This document shows positions 25,240 through 36,540 of a DNA stretch of 64,000 nucleotides, one piece after another (position 1 is the first letter of the stretch; each line of letters starts with the position of its first letter). Source of the DNA: an uncultured beta proteobacterium (lineage in GTDB: Bacteria; Pseudomonadota; Gammaproteobacteria; Burkholderiales; SG8-39); contig CAWEPV010000003.1 of the NCBI GenBank assembly GCA_963811085.1, forward strand, positions 225,721-289,720. Reading direction: 5' to 3'. The notes beneath the pieces were generated by a model. That model searched no databases and was not told the origin of the DNA. It worked only from the letters and a program-made list of their open reading frames with translations. The position numbers and the translations under genes are program-made.

Positions 25240-26676
25240 GTGGAGCGCCCCGATCTCGTCGTGCGCAACGCGCGCCTGGTGACGGAGTCCGCCGACCGGC
25301 GCTGCGACATCGGCGTCGCGGGCGGACGCGTCGTCGCGCTCGGCGAGGGATTGCCGCAGGCCGCGCGCGAGATCGACGCCGGCGGGCGCATCGTCCTGCC
25401 CGGCGGGGTCGACGGGCATTGCCACCTCGACCAGCCGATGCCCGCACCGATGAAGATGGCCGACGACTTCGCATCGGGCACGCGCTCGGCGGCTTGCGGC
25501 GGCACCACCAGCGTGATCCCCTTCGCCGCGCAGGCCAAGGGCCAGTCGCTGGCGGCCGCGGTCGACGACTATCACCGCAGGGCCGAGGGCAAGGCGTGCA
25601 TCGATTACGCCTTCCACCTGATTGTCAGCGACCCGACGCCCCGGGTGCTGGCCGACGAGCTGCCGCGCCTGATCCGCGACGGCTATACCTCGTTCAAGAT
25701 CTACATGACCTACGACGACCTCAGGCTGTCGGACCGCGAGATCCTCGAAGTCATGGACCTGGCGCGCCGCGAAGGCGCGATGGTGATGGTGCACGCCGAG
25801 AACTCCGACGCCATCGGCTGGCTGAGCGACAGGCTGATCGCGGCCGGACGCACCGCGCCCGCGTACCACGCGGCCTCGCGCCCGCCGGCGGTCGAGCGCG
25901 AGGCGACCCACCGCGCGATCGCGCTGTCGGAGCTGATCGACGTGCCGATCCTGATCGTCCACGTCTCCGGCGGCGAGGCGTTCGAGCAGATTCGCTGGGC
26001 CCGCACGCGCGGGCTGAACATCCACGCCGAAACCTGCCCCCAGTATCTGCTGCTGACCGCCGCGCAGCTCGGGGCCGAGGGCTACCACGGCGCGAAATGC
26101 GTCTGCAGCCCGCCGCCGCGCGACGCGGCGAGCCAGGAGCAGGTCTGGCAGGCGCTCGCGCGCGGCGACTGCAGCGTGTTTTCCTCCGATCACGCGCCGT
26201 TCCGCTACGACGACCCGCAGGGCAAGAAGCCCGGCGGGCGCGAAGTCGCCTTTCCCTACATCCCGAACGGAATTCCCGGCCTGGAAACGCGCCTGCCGCT
26301 GCTGTTCTCGGAAGGCGTGCTGAAGGGGCGCATCGACCTGCACGCGTTCGCCGCGCTGACCGCGGCCAACCCGGCGCGCATGTACGGACTCTACCCGCGC
26401 AAGGGCACCATCGCCATCGGCAGCGACGCCGACCTGGTGGTGTGGGACGAGCGGCGCGAGGTCACGATCACCAACGACGCGCTGCACCACGCGGTCGATT
26501 ACACGCCTTACGAGGGAATGCGCGTCACCGGCTGGCCGGCGATCACGCTCTCGCGCGGCGAGGTCGTGTACCAGGACGGCCGCTTCCTAGGCCGCCCCGG
26601 TCACGGCCGCTTCATGCCCTGCGCGCGGCCGGAGCCCGCGCGCGCGCGCCGGGTCGCCGCGCGCAGCTGGGAATAG
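25240..26676 (+). CDS. D-hydantoinase / dihydropyrimidinase
   Basis: 478 aa with a GTG start. Motifs are PGGVDGHCHLDQP, SFKIYMTY, VHAEN, HVSGGEA and SSDHAPF. Confidence 0.88.
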   Translation: MERPDLVVRNARLVTESADRRCDIGVAGGRVVALGEGLPQAAREIDAGGRIVLPGGVDGHCHLDQPMPAPMKMADDFASGTRSAACGGTTSVIPFAAQAKGQSLAAAVDDYHRRAEGKACIDYAFHLIVSDPTPRVLADELPRLIRDGYTSFKIYMTYDDLRLSDREILEVMDLARREGAMVMVHAENSDAIGWLSDRLIAAGRTAPAYHAASRPPAVEREATHRAIALSELIDVPILIVHVSGGEAFEQIRWARTRGLNIHAETCPQYLLLTAAQLGAEGYHGAKCVCSPPPRDAASQEQVWQALARGDCSVFSSDHAPFRYDDPQGKKPGGREVAFPYIPNGIPGLETRLPLLFSEGVLKGRIDLHAFAALTAANPARMYGLYPRKGTIAIGSDADLVVWDERREVTITNDALHHAVDYTPYEGMRVTGWPAITLSRGEVVYQDGRFLGRPGHGRFMPCARPEPARARRVAARSWE

Positions 26677-27182
26677 GCGAACAGGCGGGCGCCGAGGCTG
26701 CCGACGCAGACGCCGGCGGCCAGCAGCAGCGCGGTCGCGGCGCAGAATCCCGCCGCGTAGGGCAGCGCGGAAACCGCCGCGGGCAGCTCGGCGCCATGCG
26801 CGGCGCCGTGGTACAGCGCGAAGGCGCTCGCGAGCGCGGCGCCCAGCCACGGCGCAAGGTAGCTGCGGGTCACGATCAGCAGCCCGAACACGAGCCCCGA
26901 GGCGGCGACCATCTGCTCGGCGAAGGGCGGCACCAGCGCGGCGAAGCCGAGCAGCCCGCCGACGAGCATCGCGGCGAGAAAAGCGCCCGGCACGATCCAG
27001 CGCGCACGGCCGCCGAGCTGCGCGGCCCACAGCCCGACCGCGGCCATCGCCAGCAGGTGGTCCAGCCCCGTGAACGGATGCGCGAAGCCCGCAGCGGCGC
27101 CGGCGGCCGCACCGTGGAACGGATGCGCTAGAGCCGGGGTGGAAAGACCTGCGATGAGAAGCGTGATCAGGAAGCGGTACAT
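26601..27182 (-). CDS. ureJ: HupE/UreJ-family nickel transporter
   Basis: 193 aa with a signal peptide followed by HPFHG...[12 protein letters not shown]. It has 5-6 TM segments and is the last gene of the urease operon. The C-terminal ~25 aa may be over-extension. Confidence 0.8.
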   Translation of the reverse strand: MYRFLITLLIAGLSTPALAHPFHGAAAGAAAGFAHPFTGLDHLLAMAAVGLWAAQLGGRARWIVPGAFLAAMLVGGLLGFAALVPPFAEQMVAASGLVFGLLIVTRSYLAPWLGAALASAFALYHGAAHGAELPAAVSALPYAAGFCAATALLLAAGVCVGSLGARLFAYSQLRAATRRARAGSGRAQGMKRP

Positions 27183-27787
27183 AGCATGCCCTCCGTTTCA
27201 ATGAATTGAATGATCGTTGCCAGGCCCTGCCCCGTCTTGAGGTTCGAGAACACGAACGGCCGCTCGCCGCGCATCTTCTTCGCGTCGCGCTCCATCACCG
27301 CGAGCGAGGCGCCCACCAGCGGCGCGAGGTCGATCTTGTTGATCACCAGCAGGTCCGACTTGGTGATGCCGGGGCCGCCCTTCCTCGGGATCTTGTCGCC
27401 GGCGGCGACGTCGATCACGTACAGCGTCAGGTCCGACAGCTCGGGGCTGAAGGTGGCGGCCAGGTTGTCGCCGCCCGACTCGATGATTACCAGGTCGAGC
27501 GTCTCGAAGCGGCGCGACAGGCGCGCCACCGCCTCGAGATTGATCGAGGCGTCCTCGCGGATCGCGGTGTGCGGGCAGCCGCCGGTCTCCACCCCGATGA
27601 TGCGCTCGGGCGCGAGCGCCTCGTTCGTGACCAGGAACTGCGCGTCTTCTTCGGTGTAGATGTCGTTGGTGACCACCGCGATGTCGTAGCGCTCGCGCAG
27701 CGCGCGGCACAGCGAAAGCGTGAGCGCGGTCTTGCCCGAGCCCACCGGGCCGCCGATGCCGATTCTGAGGGGTTGGCCTGCGCTCAT
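27167..27787 (-). CDS. ureG: urease accessory GTPase UreG
   Basis: 206 aa with motifs GGPVGSGKT and ESGGDNL. Confidence 0.95.
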   Translation of the reverse strand: MSAGQPLRIGIGGPVGSGKTALTLSLCRALRERYDIAVVTNDIYTEEDAQFLVTNEALAPERIIGVETGGCPHTAIREDASINLEAVARLSRRFETLDLVIIESGGDNLAATFSPELSDLTLYVIDVAAGDKIPRKGGPGITKSDLLVINKIDLAPLVGASLAVMERDAKKMRGERPFVFSNLKTGQGLATIIQFIETEGMLCTAS

Positions 27788-28413
27788 GATCTGAAAAGCC
27801 TCGAGTACTGGGTTTCGTGTCGGGAGGAAAGGATCGCCAGGCGCGGCGCGAAGTTGCCCAGCTCGTCGTCGCCCAGCGCCGCCGCGCGTGCGGCGAGCGG
27901 CTCGAGCCGCGCACCGAGCGCGAGCAGAATCTTCTGACCGTCGGTCTGGCCGAGCGGCACCGCCTTCAGCGCCGCCATGACCTGGTTCTCGAGCCAGGCC
28001 CAGAGGTAGGCGACCAGCGCCCCGCGCGCCTCGAGCCCCCAGCCGCGGACCGCGTGGGCGAACACGGCCGGAAAGGAAGGTTCTTCATAATGAAGTTCTT
28101 CGATGCCAAGTTCGGGCAGAAGCCTGTTGAGCGAATATCCCATCTGCACCGTTTCCGCGCGCAGCTCGGCGGTTTCGCGGCTGGCGAGGAAGAGCTCGTT
28201 CCACGCCGGGTCGGGGCGCTCGATCATGCGCAGCATGAGCGGCGCCTCCATGCGCGCCAGCGAATGCTCGAGCACGTCGCCGATCCAGCGCTCGGCGCTG
28301 GCGGCGTCGTGGACCAGACCGGCGTCGATGGCCGCCTCGAGCCCGCCGGAATAGCTGTACGCGCCGACGGGAAGAGCGGGACTCGCGAGTTGAAGGAGTC
28401 TTGAGAGATTCAT
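27784..28413 (-). CDS. ureF: urease accessory protein UreF
   Basis: Last 209 codons of track ORF 27784..28821. The product reads [29 protein letters not shown]... Its ATG overlaps the ureE stop. Confidence 0.9.
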   Translation of the reverse strand: MNLSRLLQLASPALPVGAYSYSGGLEAAIDAGLVHDAASAERWIGDVLEHSLARMEAPLMLRMIERPDPAWNELFLASRETAELRAETVQMGYSLNRLLPELGIEELHYEEPSFPAVFAHAVRGWGLEARGALVAYLWAWLENQVMAALKAVPLGQTDGQKILLALGARLEPLAARAAALGDDELGNFAPRLAILSSRHETQYSRLFRS

Positions 28414-28855
28414 TAGTGATCGTGATGGTGGCTGTGACCGCCTGAAGCGTAGGCGCCCCCCTCGGGCTCGAACGGCGCTTCGATGCTCGACACCCTGGCG
28501 CCCAGCTTCTTCGCCATCTCCTCCAGCACGTGATCCGCCGCAATGCGCAGGAAGCCCGCACCCACCTGCACCGGCACGTGGCGGTTGCCGAGGTGGTAGG
28601 CGACTTTCGCGAGCTCCGCGGACTCGATGTGCAGCAGCTTCTCGGGCTCGGCCTGCACCTCGATCACGCGCCCGTCGGAGGCGGCGACGAGGTCGCCGCC
28701 GCGCAGGATCTCGCCGCGCGGGAGCATCAGCGCCACCTCTTCGCCCGAGACCAGCCGGGTGCGCAGCCGGCTCTTCTGCCGCAGCTCGAACGGCAGCCTG
28801 AGCTGCCCGCTCGGGGCGCACGCGCCCTTTTCCAGCCGCGAAGTGATCTCGAGCA

Positions 28856-28856
<1 letters not shown>
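28413..28856 (-). CDS. ureE: urease accessory metallochaperone UreE
   Basis: Last 147 codons of track ORF 28413..29255. The product contains ...[10 protein letters not shown]... and has a His-rich tail (GGHSHHHDH). Confidence 0.9.
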
Positions 28857-30537
<1,681 letters not shown>

Positions 30538-30541
<4 letters not shown>

Positions 30542-30846
30542 TTGAGCTTCCCCATCACCTGGCCGTTAAAGCCATAAATTCTTCTATTTCCTGAAAGGGC
30601 AACCAGCTCCACCGTACGCGTCTGGCCCGGCTCGAAGCGCACCGCGGTGCCCGCGGCGATGTTCAGGCGCATGCCGTAGGCCCGGTCGCGGTCGAAGCCG
30701 AGCGCGGGGTTGGTCTCGAAGAAATGGTAGTGCGAGCCGACCTGGACCGGGCGGTCGCCGGTGTTGACCACCTCGAGCCGCACCGTCCTGCGCCCCGCGT
30801 TGAGCTCGATCTCGCCCGCGGCCGCCTTTACTTCGCCCGGAACCAT
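30538..30846 (-). CDS. ureB: urease beta subunit
   Basis: 102 aa reading MVPGE...[17 protein letters not shown]. Confidence 0.95.
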
Positions 30847-31784
30847 CGCATCATCCTCCCCTGGTTGCGCGCGGCTCGCCGCTGCTTCAGGAATTCACGC
30901 ACCGCGTCGATCTGCCTCGCGTCGAACAGCGCCGGCGCGTGCCCGACGCCCTCGAATTCCACGACCTGGGTAGCAGGCTTGCGCCTGCGCATTTCGTCCA
31001 CCGTGCCCGGCAGAAGCACGTCCGACTGCGCCCCGCGCAGCACGAGCACCGGGCAGTCGACCGCGTTCCACACCGTCCACAGGTCGATGCCGCGCAGGAA
31101 CGTAGGGCCGATCGGCAGCTCGGGATCGCCTTGCGTGTTCCACTGCCCGATTGCCGGATCGAAGCGAAAGTACCAGCGCCCGTCCTCGTGCTGCCGGAGG
31201 CTGTGCTCGACCAGGTGTTCCCATTGCCGCTCGGTGAGCGGCCCGAACGTGGCGAAGGTCTCTCGGATGTAATCCTCGGCCGAGCGCCGCGCGCTGAAGC
31301 CGCTCGGTCGGCCGACGTGGCCCTTCAGCCGGAACAGCCCGTTCCAGGGCACGAAGGGCCCGACGTCGTTCAGGACCAGGCGCCCGATCGGAGAGTGGCG
31401 CTTCGCCGAGAGCAGCATGCCGATCAGCCCGCCCATTGAAGTGCCGACCCAGTCGAGGCTGCGTTTGCGCAACTCGCGCCCGCTCCCGGAGCGCGCAGGC
31501 GGCGTCACGTGCGCGATCAGCGCGGCGGCGTCCGACAGGTAGGTCGAGAAGCTGTAGCCGGACTTGTCCTCGAGCCAGGCGCTGTCGCCACGGCCCACGA
31601 CGTCCATGCATACCACGCGGTAGTCGCCCGCGAGCGCATCGGCGAGGAAGTCGAAGTCGCGGCTGTTGCGCGACAGCCCGTGCACGCACAGAACGACGTG
31701 TGGATTGTCCGCGTCGCCCCAGTCCGTGAAGGCCACGCGGTGAAAGCCCTCGGGACCGAGGCTGAGGATGCTGCTCTGGCGCAT
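30828..31784 (-). CDS. alpha/beta-fold hydrolase embedded between ureA and ureB
   Basis: 318 aa with an HG oxyanion motif ([13 protein letters not shown]), a nucleophile elbow (GTSMGG) and a C-terminal GVGHAP. It lies 15 nt after the ureA stop, and its 3' end overlaps the ureB start by 19 nt. Confidence 0.8.
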   Translation of the reverse strand: MRQSSILSLGPEGFHRVAFTDWGDADNPHVVLCVHGLSRNSRDFDFLADALAGDYRVVCMDVVGRGDSAWLEDKSGYSFSTYLSDAAALIAHVTPPARSGSGRELRKRSLDWVGTSMGGLIGMLLSAKRHSPIGRLVLNDVGPFVPWNGLFRLKGHVGRPSGFSARRSAEDYIRETFATFGPLTERQWEHLVEHSLRQHEDGRWYFRFDPAIGQWNTQGDPELPIGPTFLRGIDLWTVWNAVDCPVLVLRGAQSDVLLPGTVDEMRRRKPATQVVEFEGVGHAPALFDARQIDAVREFLKQRRAARNQGRMMRWFRAK

Positions 31785-31799
31785 TTCACTCGTTCCGGG

Positions 31800-32102
31800 T
31801 CAGGGGATGGGGTTGTGCACCGTAACGAGCTTCGTGCCGTCGGGAAAGGTCGCCTCGACCTGGATTTCGGGGATCATCTCGGGCACGCCTTCCATCACCT
31901 CGTCGCGCCCGAGCAGCGTCGCGCCCCAGCCCATCAGCTCCGACACGCTCCTGCCCTCGCGCGCCCCTTCCATGATCGCGGCGCTGATCAGCGCCACCGC
32001 CTCCGGGTAGTTGAGCTTGAGCCCCTTCGCCCGGCGCCGCTCGGCGAGCAGCGCGGCGGTGAACAGCAGCAGCTTGTCCTTTTCGCGCGGCGTCAGTTCC
32101 AT
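31800..32102 (-). CDS. ureA: urease gamma subunit
   Basis: Internal ATG of track ORF 31800..32135. The product reads [35 protein letters not shown]... (100 aa). Confidence 0.95.
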   Translation of the reverse strand: MELTPREKDKLLLFTAALLAERRRAKGLKLNYPEAVALISAAIMEGAREGRSVSELMGWGATLLGRDEVMEGVPEMIPEIQVEATFPDGTKLVTVHNPIP

Positions 32103-32130
32103 CCAGGGTCTCCGGAGCCGGTTCAGCTCA

Positions 32131-32146
32131 TGCAAGGATAGTGCCC
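32131..32146 (-). promoter_or_regulatory. sigma54-like (-24/-12) promoter for ureA
   Basis: The minus strand reads GGGCAC-tatcc-TTGCA, 28 nt upstream of ureA ATG 32102. GGAGA lies between the element and the start. Confidence 0.5.
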
Positions 32147-32261
32147 GCGATCCGACCGTGCGGAACAGGGCTCATGATGCACCAAAAATGTGACAATGCG
32201 GAACGCCTGCACCAGCTTGGCGCGATGGATTCGGTGGCAAAGAGGAGACCCCGTGAGTCGA

Positions 32262-32915
32262 ATGAAGCTTTACGCCCACCCGTTTTCGAACAACTCGATG
32301 CGGGCGCAGCTCAGTCTCGACGAAAAGGGACTGGACTACGAATACGTGAAGGTCGACCTCTTCAAGGGCCAGCACAAGCAGCCCGACTTCCTGGCGATCA
32401 ATCCGCGCGGCCAAGTGCCGGCGCTGGTGGACGGAGACGTGCGCATCTACGAGAGCGTCGCGATCGTCCAGTACCTCGAGTACCGGTATCCCGATCCCCC
32501 GCTCGTCCCGAGCGAGCCGAAAGCGATGGCGACCTGCCTCCGTCTGATCGCCGAATTCAACCAGAAACTCGACCCGACGAACATCTTCGGTTCGGTGAAG
32601 TTCGGCCGCAAAAGGCGCGCGGACCTCGGCGACCGCGTCGACAAGCTGCTGGCCGAGTGCCGCATCTGGGAAGGCTACCTCGGCGCCGGGCCCTATTTCA
32701 CCGGACAAACGTATTCGATCGCCGACATCGTCGTGCTGCCCTTCTTCGGCACCATCATCGACGGTCTCGGCCTGCCGCAAGCCGACTACCCGCGGCTGCA
32801 CGCCTGGTACGAACGCTGCAAATCGCGACCCAGCGTCGCCAGGCAGCCCTGGTTCGAAGCCTTCGCCGGCGAGAAGAAGAACCCACAGCAGCGCATCCTT
32901 GCGACTGCGAGCTGA
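32262..32915 (+). CDS. glutathione S-transferase
   Basis: In-frame ATG of track ORF 32190..32915. The product reads MKLYAHPFSNNSMRAQLSLDEKGLDYEYVKVDLFKGQHKQPDFLAINPRGQVPALVDGD..IYESVAIVQYL. Confidence 0.85.
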   Translation: MKLYAHPFSNNSMRAQLSLDEKGLDYEYVKVDLFKGQHKQPDFLAINPRGQVPALVDGDVRIYESVAIVQYLEYRYPDPPLVPSEPKAMATCLRLIAEFNQKLDPTNIFGSVKFGRKRRADLGDRVDKLLAECRIWEGYLGAGPYFTGQTYSIADIVVLPFFGTIIDGLGLPQADYPRLHAWYERCKSRPSVARQPWFEAFAGEKKNPQQRILATAS

Positions 32916-33136
32916 ATCGCCGAGCGCCACAGGCGCGAGGAGTTGCACGCGAAATAGCGCTCGCGACCGAAGTTCGTGCGGACCAGTAGCTGCGTCATTT
33001 GGTTTGCACGAATGCCTCGTTCTTTTTATCAAGATTTGCGCGATGTTGCCCAGTTCGGGCTAATATGGCGAAACCGTTGAATGCCGCCACCCGGGGGTGC
33101 GTCGTTCCGTCCTTTCCTCCCCGCGAGTTAGGACAA

Positions 33137-34114
33137 ATGACCTCCAAACGAATGATCCACGTCGCCCTTCGCGGCGCCCTCGTCACGCTCGTCGTACTGA
33201 TCGTCGGATTGGCAGGCGCTATCATTTTCGGAACGGCACCGGCGCCTCCGCCACTAACCTCCATCGGTGCCCCTTTCGCCGCAGTCGACTACAGCGACCT
33301 TCCGCCGACGCAAAGCTATGCCGCGCGCGACGGCACGCCGCTGGCCTATCGCACCTATCCGGGAGGCGCCGAGCGAATCGCCGTCATCGTTCACGGCTCG
33401 TCCGCCCACAGCGCGTCGCTGCATCCGCTCGCCAAGGCCGCGCAGACCGCCGGATATACAGTCTTCACATTGGACATGCGCGGCCACGGCGCATCGGGAC
33501 CGCACGGCGATATCGCTTATATCGGGCAATTGGACGACGACATCGCCGATTTGATGGCGCTCTTGCGCAAAAGATTCCCGAATGCGCGCGCCACGCTTAT
33601 GGGGTTTTCCTCGGGCGGCGGGTTTGCGCTGCGCATCGCAGGCGCGCCGGATGGCGGCCCGTTCGATCGCTATATTCTGATTTCGCCGGCTCTCCCGCAC
33701 AACGCGCCGACGATCCGCCCCGGCAGCGGCGGGTGGGCGGTGCCCTATATTCCGCGCATCGTTGCGCTGACGATCCTCAATAAAATCGGGATCCATTGGT
33801 TTGACGGATTGCCCGTGCTGGCCTTCGCCGTTCGCGCGAACGACGACGGGACGTTTGTCGCGAACTATTCCTTCCGCCTCATGCAGAACTTCGCGGCCAT
33901 GGCGGATTTTCGCGATAATATCCGCCGAGTAACAAAACCCACGACCGTGCTGGTCGGTAGCGCAGACGAACTATGGTTCGCCGACCAATTCGCGCCGCTG
34001 TTTCAATCGATCCGCGCCGATATTCCGATCGCCGTCATTCCGGAACTCGGACATACCGAAATGAGCGTCCGCGCCGAGGCGCTGGCCGCGATCGCGGCGG
34101 CTTTGGCGGGCTAG
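33137..34114 (+). CDS. alpha/beta-fold hydrolase with N-terminal membrane anchor
   Basis: In-frame ATG of track ORF 32999..34114. It has a TM anchor (ALVTLVVLIVGLAGAIIFG), then VIVHGSSAHS, DMRGHGAS and a nucleophile elbow (GFSGGG). GC is visibly lower than in the neighbours. Confidence 0.75.
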   Translation: MTSKRMIHVALRGALVTLVVLIVGLAGAIIFGTAPAPPPLTSIGAPFAAVDYSDLPPTQSYAARDGTPLAYRTYPGGAERIAVIVHGSSAHSASLHPLAKAAQTAGYTVFTLDMRGHGASGPHGDIAYIGQLDDDIADLMALLRKRFPNARATLMGFSSGGGFALRIAGAPDGGPFDRYILISPALPHNAPTIRPGSGGWAVPYIPRIVALTILNKIGIHWFDGLPVLAFAVRANDDGTFVANYSFRLMQNFAAMADFRDNIRRVTKPTTVLVGSADELWFADQFAPLFQSIRADIPIAVIPELGHTEMSVRAEALAAIAAALAG

Positions 34115-34249
34115 CCCCCGGCTCAACCCTTCAGCCGCACCTCTTTACCGCCACGATCTTCCCCCACCTGATCGGCTGCTGTAGGTCGGATTGAGCCGAT
34201 CGGGGATAGGAAAACGGCCGCTCAGCACAGAATAGGTGCAGGTCCGTGG

Positions 34250-35068
34250 TCACGTCCGCCAGATCCTCGGCTCGACGGCGTTGCGGCCGGCGAGCGCGGG
34301 GCGCAGGACGGCCCACAGGCGCGCGAGGAGGTGCTTGGCGCGTTCGCTCGAGTCGCCGAGGTAGCGCGCGACGAGCGCCTGCGGCAGTTGCGTGACGGCG
34401 AGGTCTTCGATCGCGCGGCAGGCGGCGAGATCGAATTGCGCGCCCGCGGCGATGAGCGTGGCGCAGACCGGGTGCGAGCGCAGGCCGGCGGGCGATTCGA
34501 GCAGCGCGCCGCCGCCCTCGATGCGGCCGCGCTCGAGCCACGCGAGCCTGCCGTCCAGGTAGAGCCTGTTGTCGAGGCGGATTTCGCCTCGAACGAAGCG
34601 CTCGCCCGAGCCGGTGCGGCCCAGGCAGAGGATCTCCCAGCCGATGTAGCGCGCGTCGCCCTCCAGGCGCACCTCGGTCGCGAGCGACGCCAGCGCGCCG
34701 TCGAACACGATCGTCTCCTGCGGCAGCCACTCGAGAAATGCGTCGGGGCCAACCTCGAAGTCGAGGCGCTGGCGCGCCCAGGGTCCGGCCGAGCGGTACC
34801 ACTTGCCCGCGCCGGGCGTGGTGAGCAGCGCGTGCGCGCCGGCACCGGCGCGCGCTTCGAGCGCAAGCTCGTCGCCGCCGGCGATTCCCGCCGGCGGGTG
34901 GATGATGATCGCGTGGCACACCGCGCCGCCCTCTGGATAGAGAGGCTTCTGCACCACCAGCGGCCCGTCGTGGCGGCGCGCGGCGAGCACGGTCCTGTCG
35001 TCCGCACGCTCGAAGCGCAGCGCGAGCTCGGCCTTCCATGGCGCAGCGACGGGCTCGGCAACCTGCAT
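34250..35068 (-). CDS. ureD: urease accessory protein UreD
   Basis: 272 aa reading ...LVVQKPLYPEG...HAIIIHPPAGIAGGD..., directly downstream of urtE. Confidence 0.88.
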   Translation of the reverse strand: MQVAEPVAAPWKAELALRFERADDRTVLAARRHDGPLVVQKPLYPEGGAVCHAIIIHPPAGIAGGDELALEARAGAGAHALLTTPGAGKWYRSAGPWARQRLDFEVGPDAFLEWLPQETIVFDGALASLATEVRLEGDARYIGWEILCLGRTGSGERFVRGEIRLDNRLYLDGRLAWLERGRIEGGGALLESPAGLRSHPVCATLIAAGAQFDLAACRAIEDLAVTQLPQALVARYLGDSSERAKHLLARLWAVLRPALAGRNAVEPRIWRT

Positions 35069-35075
35069 TCGCCGA

Positions 35076-35750
35076 TCATACCGCCAGCAGCTTGCGCACG
35101 CCGTCGCGCTCCATCTCGGCGCCGACCCCGCGCGCGATGATCTCGCCGCGCTCCATCACCAGGTACTGGTCGGCGAGCGACTGGGCGAAGTCGTAGTACT
35201 GCTCGACCAGCAGGATCGACATTTCGCCGCTTGCGGCGAGCGCCCGGATCACGCGCTCGATGTCCTTGATGATCGAGGGCTGGATGCCCTCGGTCGGCTC
35301 GTCCAGGATCAGCAGCCGCGGGCGCATCGCCAGCGCACGGCCGATCGCGAGCTGCTGCTGCTGCCCGCCCGAAAGGTCGCCGCCGCGCCGCCCGAGCATG
35401 CTCTTGAGCACCGGGAACATCTCGAAGATGCGCGCCGGCACCTTGCGCGCGCCCATCAGCAGGTTCTCCTCCACCGTCAGGCGCGGAAAGATCTCGCGCC
35501 CCTGCGGCACGTAGCCGATGCCGGCGCGCGCGCGCAGGTAGGGCTTGGCATGCGTGATGTCCTTGCTGTAGAAACTCACCACGCCGGTCGCAGCCGGAAC
35601 CAGGCCCATCAACGTCTTCAGCAGCGTGGTCTTGCCCACCCCGTTGCGCCCGAGCAGCGTGGTCACCTTGCCGGCGGGCACCTCGAACGACAGGTCCCTG
35701 AGAATGTGGCTGCCGCCGTAGTACTGGTTCAGGCCCTCGATCGCGAGCAT
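35076..35750 (-). CDS. urtE: urea ABC transporter ATP-binding protein UrtE
   Basis: 224 aa with Walker A (GRNGVGKTT), signature (LSGGQQQ) and Walker B (LLILDEP) motifs. It is the fifth gene of the urtABCDE order. Confidence 0.9.
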   Translation of the reverse strand: MLAIEGLNQYYGGSHILRDLSFEVPAGKVTTLLGRNGVGKTTLLKTLMGLVPAATGVVSFYSKDITHAKPYLRARAGIGYVPQGREIFPRLTVEENLLMGARKVPARIFEMFPVLKSMLGRRGGDLSGGQQQQLAIGRALAMRPRLLILDEPTEGIQPSIIKDIERVIRALAASGEMSILLVEQYYDFAQSLADQYLVMERGEIIARGVGAEMERDGVRKLLAV

Positions 35751-35751
35751 C

Positions 35752-36540
35752 TCAGCGCCCCAGATAGACTTCGATCACGCGCGGGTCGTTCTGCACGCTT
35801 TCGTGCGGCCCCTCGGCGAGCACGCTGCCCTCGTGCAGCACGGTGACCTTGCGCGCGATGCGGGCGATGAACGCCATGTCGTGCTCGACCACCACCAGCG
35901 AGTGGCTGCCGGCGAGGGTCAGGAACAGTTCCGCGGTGCGCTCGGTCTCGTCGTCGCTCATGCCGGCCACCGGCTCGTCGAGCAGCAGCAGTCTCGGCTC
36001 CTGCATAAGCAGCATGCCGATCTCGAGCCACTGCTTCTGGCCGTGCGACAGCAGCCCCGCGACGCGGTCGGCCGCGCCGGCCAGGCCGATGCGCTCGAGC
36101 ATCGCGGCGATGCGGTCGCGCGCCTCCGAATCCAGGCGCGCGAACAGCGTGCGGCGCACGCGCTTGTCGGCCTTCATCGCCAGCTCCAGGTTCTCGAACA
36201 CCGTGTGCTGCTCGAAGATGGTCGGCTTCTGGAACTTGCGCCCGATGCCCGCATGCGCGATCTCGGCCTCGCTCAGGCGCGTCAGGTCGATTGCCTGGCC
36301 GAAGAACGCGCTGCCCTGGTCGGGCCGCGTCTTGCCCGTGATCACGTCCATCATGGTGGTCTTGCCGGCGCCGTTGGGGCCGATCACGCAGCGCAGCTCG
36401 CCCGCGTCGATCGCGAGCGAGAGCCTGTTCAGCGCCTTGAAGCCGTCGAAGCTGACGCTGATGTCCTGCAGGTAGAGCACCACGCCGTGCGTGGTGTCGA
36501 GGCCCTGCGCCGCCAGGTGGCCGAGCGAGGCGTCGCTCAC
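35752..36540 (-). CDS. urtD: urea ABC transporter ATP-binding protein UrtD
   Basis: Last 262 codons of track ORF 35752..37458. The GTG start 36540 overlaps the urtC stop (GTGA). Motifs are GPNGAGKTT, LSHGQKQ and LLLLDEP. Confidence 0.88.
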   Translation of the reverse strand: MSDASLGHLAAQGLDTTHGVVLYLQDISVSFDGFKALNRLSLAIDAGELRCVIGPNGAGKTTMMDVITGKTRPDQGSAFFGQAIDLTRLSEAEIAHAGIGRKFQKPTIFEQHTVFENLELAMKADKRVRRTLFARLDSEARDRIAAMLERIGLAGAADRVAGLLSHGQKQWLEIGMLLMQEPRLLLLDEPVAGMSDDETERTAELFLTLAGSHSLVVVEHDMAFIARIARKVTVLHEGSVLAEGPHESVQNDPRVIEVYLGR

